This document shows, in pieces, positions 49,972 to 54,864 of a stretch of 54,864 nucleotides of DNA (positions within the stretch are counted from its first letter, which is position 1; each line of letters opens with the position of its first letter). Origin of the DNA: Chromera velia (lineage: Eukaryota); contig JAHBMJ010000141.1 of the NCBI GenBank assembly GCA_018398765.1, positions 1 through 54,864 of the forward strand, read 5' to 3'. Below the pieces are notes generated by a model. The model worked only from the letters and a program-made list of their open reading frames with translations. It was not told the origin of the DNA and made no database searches. Both the position numbers and the translations under genes were made by a program.

Positions 49972-50436
49972 AGGGAGGGAGGGAAGGAAGGAAGGAAGGA
50001 AGCAAGGAAGGAAGCAAGGAAGGAAGGGAAGGAAGGAAGGAAGGGAGGGAAGGAAGGAAGGAAGAAAGGAAGGAAGAAAGGAAGGAAGCAAGGGAGGAAA
50101 GGAAGGAAGGAAGGAAGGAAAGGAAGGAAGGAAGGAAGCAAGGAAGGAAGCAAGGAAGGAAGGGAAGGAAGCAAGGAAGGAAGCAAGGAAGGAAGAGAAG
50201 GAAGGAAGCAAGGAAGGAAGAGAAGGAAGGAAGGAAGGAAGGAAGCAAGGAAGGGAGGGAAGGAAGGAAGGAAGGAAGGAAGGAAGAAAGCAAGGAAGGA
50301 AGCAAGAGAGGAAGGGAGGGAAGGAAGGAAGGAAGGAAGGAAAGAAGCAAGGAAGGAAGGAAGGAAGGAAGGAAGCAAGGAAGGAAGGGAAGGAAGGAAG
50401 GAAGGAAGGAAGGAAGGAAGATGGAAGCAAGGAAGA
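49972..50436. repeat. (GGAA)n-type purine microsatellite
   Basis: Direct inspection. Confidence 0.95.
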
Positions 50437-53317
50437 ACACAGTGAGACATGAGAACTAGCATGAGCATTGAGCGAAAAGGCATTCGGGGCTACTGAATGG
50501 AGGGATTGATCAAATACCAGAGCTCACCAATGAGAAACATATCTTGATTATCTTGAGGGATTCCGGATGACTGGAACCTTGAAACTGGGTCTGAATTGCT
50601 GATATTCGCTGTGGCAGACCTAGTGGCAGACATTGCAATGCAATAATAGACGTTGCTTAACGTGAACTCCAGTTCTCTGCATACATCTGCATATGATCGG
50701 CACATGGTCTATTGTTTTCATCTTTCGTTGCAAGAGAGAGACATAACTTTGAAGGTGACTCTAATTCGAAAACAGTGGCATAAACGTTGATAGAAAATTA
50801 TTGTGCGGAAGCTATAGATGAATACACATAAATAGAACTATACCCACTAGTATATTAATTATAATATAGATAGTTATAACCATACTTATAGCTAGTCATA
50901 TCCCTTATTGAAGCCTTTATTATGGGCCCTTTAATATGTATTTTTATTTAATTATAGGTGATTATCTTTAGGATTATCTTCCTGTTTTCGTTTTTAAATA
51001 GGAAAGTGTACACTTTTTAGTGATTTGGGGGTATTAACCTGGGCTAAAACTCTAGCTAAAACTATTCATAGCTTCATGCGCATGGGCTGAATCATATAGC
51101 ATTTTAATAAATCGAAATATTGGAAACAACTAGTAATTTAGTAGGAAACCAACAGTAGTGATCATCGTATCTAGTCGATGGATGACTTAGGCATTGATTT
51201 TATAAACTACTGTTACTAATAAGTTTTTGTTTAAATTTTTAAAGAATTTCTGGTATAGATTGGTGCATGCATGAGAGCTGTCATATTCTGTTTGGACATT
51301 AGAGGCTTGTATCAAACAACTTGGAGCGACTTGACGACTACAGAAATAAGGGGGCGATCGGTTCACTCCTCGATGGTGACTGCACCTATGCATGTATGGC
51401 ATTGCGTCTGTCTGATTGACTTCTGCAGTGCACACAGCTCAGCCGACTGATCGATTGACGCGCTGGGGGGATAGAGGAGAATTAAGGAAAGAGAGAGACT
51501 GCAGTGTCCAAGCAAGTGCCCTGGAGAGAGACGCACCGGCCCTCAGAGGGGCGCTGTTACGTATGGTCGAAAGAGGGGAGAACTGAAAGATGACTGAGAG
51601 TGAATGAAGAATTGAAAAGCTACTGGATGACTGGATGAATGGATGGGTGGTGAGGAAGGACAGCTGGTTTCTTTCTTTCCCTCGTGAGAATCGACAATGC
51701 ATCTTTTCACGAGGGAGGGAGCCCAGCCGGGTCTCGCCCCCTAGCTCTTTCTTCTCTTCATTCACTTGCTGGCTGTCGGATTTCTTGTCTCTCTCCTGTT
51801 CTTTTTCTTCAAACAAATGAGACTGAGAGAGAGAGATACGCGTGCAATGAAAGAGAGAGAGACGTGTGGGTGTAAATGGCGGCTTAGGAATCTTTCTCTT
51901 TCGTTGAGCCTTCGCTAGTGTCTTTGAATTTTCCCCTTTCCTCTGTCCCATCCTCACTCACACACATCCACTGAGAGGAAAGGAGAGGGACGCATACATA
52001 CATAAGTACATTGTTGGTCTAGTGTCACCTTTGGATTTTAATGCTGTCCCCTCCCATGCATGTGCTCTGTTTGTCTGTGCTCCCCCAGATCCCCTTAGAC
52101 TCCTCTTCTGTTCCTTCGTTCGTTAATTCGGAATGATTGTTTTGTTCAGAGGAGCGAGGACAGCCTTGATCGAGGAGCCGTTGTTTGCATACGTGCAGGT
52201 CCTCCCTCTTGCATGCAGCAACGTTGACAGCTTGCGTGCGTCAATTTGTACCAAAAAAAAGAAAAAACGTACGTGCAGGTCCTCCCTCTTGCATGAAGCA
52301 AAGTTGACAGCTAGAGAGGGACGGAAATTAAGGTGACTTGCTCAGGACTTTTGGTCACGGTACTCGAACATGAAAATGAGACGTGAGACGATTGGGTCCC
52401 TGCCGTCCCTCTTTCATTCATTCCTCTTTTCTCTTCTCTTCTCTTCTCTTCTCTCCTTTTCTCCAGCCATCGACCTGCCAGCCCTCCCTCTCTCCCTCTT
52501 TTCTTTTCTTTCTCTGCATGCCTTCGCTTACTTCTAAGTGCAGTCCGCCATTCCGCCCTTTTTGTTTGCCTCCCTCACTCGCTCAGCTCAGATCCCTTCC
52601 CCCGACGTTTCTGCAGTTGGCCGTTTCCCTCCCTCCATGCATGCATCTAGGAATCCCCCCCCCCCCCCNCCCCCCCCCCTCAGACATGCATCCAGGAATC
52701 CTCTAATCACCGTCTCCTCATGTCCCCCTGACTCACCTCACTCAGTCTAAACAAACAGAAGACCACAAAACAGCCAGCCGACCGCAAATTGCTTCTTTTT
52801 CTCTCCACGTTCAACAGAGAAAGAAGATTCATGAAGAGGGTGAGTGAGACATGATGCATGCATCTTACGAGCACAAACAAACCCTGCTCCGCCACACAAA
52901 CAGCCACAGCTGTGTATCTCCTTTTTCCCTGCACGCCCGAAAAGGTGCTCTCTCTGCTCATAAAAGTTTAATTTATCTTCTCCCTCCCTGTCTCCCTGAA
53001 CGTCATTGTCTGGTCCCCCTTCCCGCCCCCCCCTCAATTTCAATTACACCCCAAAACCCTGTTCCTTTCTTCTTTCGACCTTCTTCCCGTAATGCTTCCT
53101 TCCTTCCGTCACCTGATGCATTTATGTCTGGCCCCCCAAATTTTCGTTTTACACCGGCAGGGAGAGGGTTCCTCAACGTCCCTTTTACAAACCCCCCATT
53201 TTTTTCTCTCTACTCTCCTCCTTCCCCTCTTCGCTATCCCCGCCCTTCCCCCTTCCCTCCCCTCCCCCTTCACAGCTAGCTCTTTCTTTCATTCCCTCTT
53301 TCTGTTCTTTTGTGTGT

Positions 53318-53818
53318 TTAACTTGAGTCCTTCAGTTTCTCGTACAGACGCACAAACAGGTCCCTGTGCTCTGTCGACTTGAACTCCACCGGTATGCAGT
53401 GATTCGTCGTCGACAGCACCAGACCGATGCATCTGCACACACACGCACAGGGGGAGAGAGAGAGAGAGAGCCACAGAGAGAAAGAGAGATAGAGAGGTAT
53501 TTGCAGAGACGTTTACAGAAAACTTCCGTAGGAACACACGCAAGCGTGCACCTAAGCTAAGCGTATGAAGAGAAAAAAATGAAAAGAGAGGTGAAGAGGG
53601 TGAAGGGGGCGAAGAATGGGCGAGCGAGCGAAGCAAAGGAGGGAGGAAGAGGGGAAAAAAGACAAGAGAGGAACCGACCTCTTAACTTTCTGACTGCCTG
53701 CCTGCCTGACTGACCTTTGTCCACTAATGATGTCTGCACTTGTTTCGATTCTCTGCAGCTCGTCGGCCTCCTTGAGGACTTCTGCGAGTTCAGAAACCTT
53801 CACCTTCCTCTGCTTTGC
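53318..53818 (-). CDS. ISP: IMC sub-compartment protein (ISP family, PH fold), last two exons; 5' exons lie beyond the window
   Basis: Exons 53818-53715 and 53432-53318 splice in frame to AKQRKVKVSELAEVLKEADELQRIETSADIISGQRCIGLVLSTTNHCIPVEFKSTEHRDLFVRLYEKLKDSS*. This matches the ISP C-terminal pattern L.R(V/I)E..A....C..L.L....CIP..F......FV as I recall it. Confidence 0.8.
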
Positions 53819-54156
53819 CTGCATGTAAAAACAAAAATGAAGAGCGAAAAGAATGAAAAGAAAAACCGGAAAGGGGGGGAAGGAGGGATGTGTTTGCACC
53901 GAAACACATAAGCAAATTGATACACTATTCATATACAACTGCGCACATGCAGACCTCCGTCCTCTCCTCTCCCCTCTTTTCGTCTCCCCATGCATTAACA
54001 CTTCGATATTTCTTGTCTAACCCTGACTGATCCATCACGTCCATCCATACAATTAAGCGTTGAATGAGAGAATGAGTGAGAGGATTTGGGGGGACGACAC
54101 TTAAGGCCGATACTAGAAAGAACATACGGGAAAACTAAACTAAACTGAGCACCTTC

Positions 54157-54864
54157 CTAGCTGACCTCATTCTTGATGACGAATGTCGGCTCAGGAGAGT
54201 CTGTGTATTTTTTTGTATTTTTTCAGTATTTTTTCGTGTTTTTTTGTATTCTTTCTGTATTTTCTCGTGTTTTTTAGAAAAACTAGCTGACCTCATTCTT
54301 GATGACGAATGTCGGCTCAGGAGAGTCTGTGTATTTTTTTGTATTTTTTCTGTATTTTTTCGTGTTTTTTTGTATTCTTTCTGTATTTTCTCGTGTTTTT
54401 TAGAAAAACTAGCTGACCTCATTCTTGATGACGAATGTCGGCTCAGGAGAGTCTGTGTATTTTTTTGTATTTTTTCTGTATTTTTTCGTGTTTTTTTGTA
54501 TTCTTTCTGTATTTTCTCGTGTTTTTTAGAAAAACTAGCTGACCTCATTCTTGATGACGAATGTCGGCTCAGGAGAGTCTGTGTATTTTTTTGTATTTTT
54601 TCTGTATTTTTTCGTGTTTTTTTGTATTCTTTCTGTATTTTCTCGTGTTTTTTAGAAAAACTAGCTGACCTCATTCTTGATGACGAATGTCGGCTCAGGA
54701 GAGTCTGTGTATTTTTTTGTATTTTTTCTGTATTTTTTCGTGTTTTTTTGTATTCTTTCTGTATTTTCTCGTGTTTTTTAGAAAAACTAGCTGACCTCAT
54801 TCTTGATGACGAATGTCGGCTCAGGAGAGTCTGTGTATTTTTTTGTATTTTTTCTGTATTTTTT
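54157..54864. repeat. 126-bp tandem satellite, at least 5.6 near-identical copies, running off the window
   Basis: CTAGCTGACC starts at 54157, 54283, 54409, 54535, 54661 and 54787. Confidence 0.97.

Noticed and set aside
52189..52312. ~43-bp direct repeat (TACGTGCAGGTCCTCCCTCTTGCATG...GTTGACAGCT) as an insertion TSD
   Set aside because: The intervening sequence has no element features. Treated as an ordinary local duplication.
54135..54800. 221-aa Lys-rich repeat ORF; hammerhead or box C/D reading of TGATGA and CTGA
   Set aside because: The ORF follows from a 126-bp unit lacking stops in one frame. There is no CUGANGA/GAAA hammerhead core, and the C-to-D interval is low-complexity T-rich sequence.

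Overview
Left end of a eukaryotic chromosome with a (TAAACCC)n/TTTAGGG telomere at 1-60. It is most likely from an apicomplexan or apicomplexan relative: an ISP-family (IMC sub-compartment protein) gene is present, TGCATGCA motifs are common, and introns are packed with microsatellites. Host genes are two membrane-protein genes near the telomere, a 10-exon secreted Cys-rich repeat protein (about 756 aa, minus strand), a divergently transcribed TenA-family gene, and the last two exons of an ISP gene. Roughly 10.2-30.6 kb is a block of mobile elements. It includes a deep nest: a CAGGG-ended DNA transposon contains a LINE, which contains a chromovirus, which contains a 3.85-kb TIR element with a 4-bp TSD, which contains a fold-back. 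Next to the nest are a truncated second Ty3/Gypsy element, a tRNA-derived element and a second LINE. Most notable observations: (1) divergence between repeat copies is transitions only, at CpG and CpA, suggesting methylation-driven or RIP-like mutation; (2) ultra-short retroposon insertions with TSDs that share the LINE's AACCCTCAATCAT 3' end; (3) an intronic tandem array of poly(T)-CAG|GT units resembling recursive splice sites. All alignments and counts were done by eye and no database search was run.
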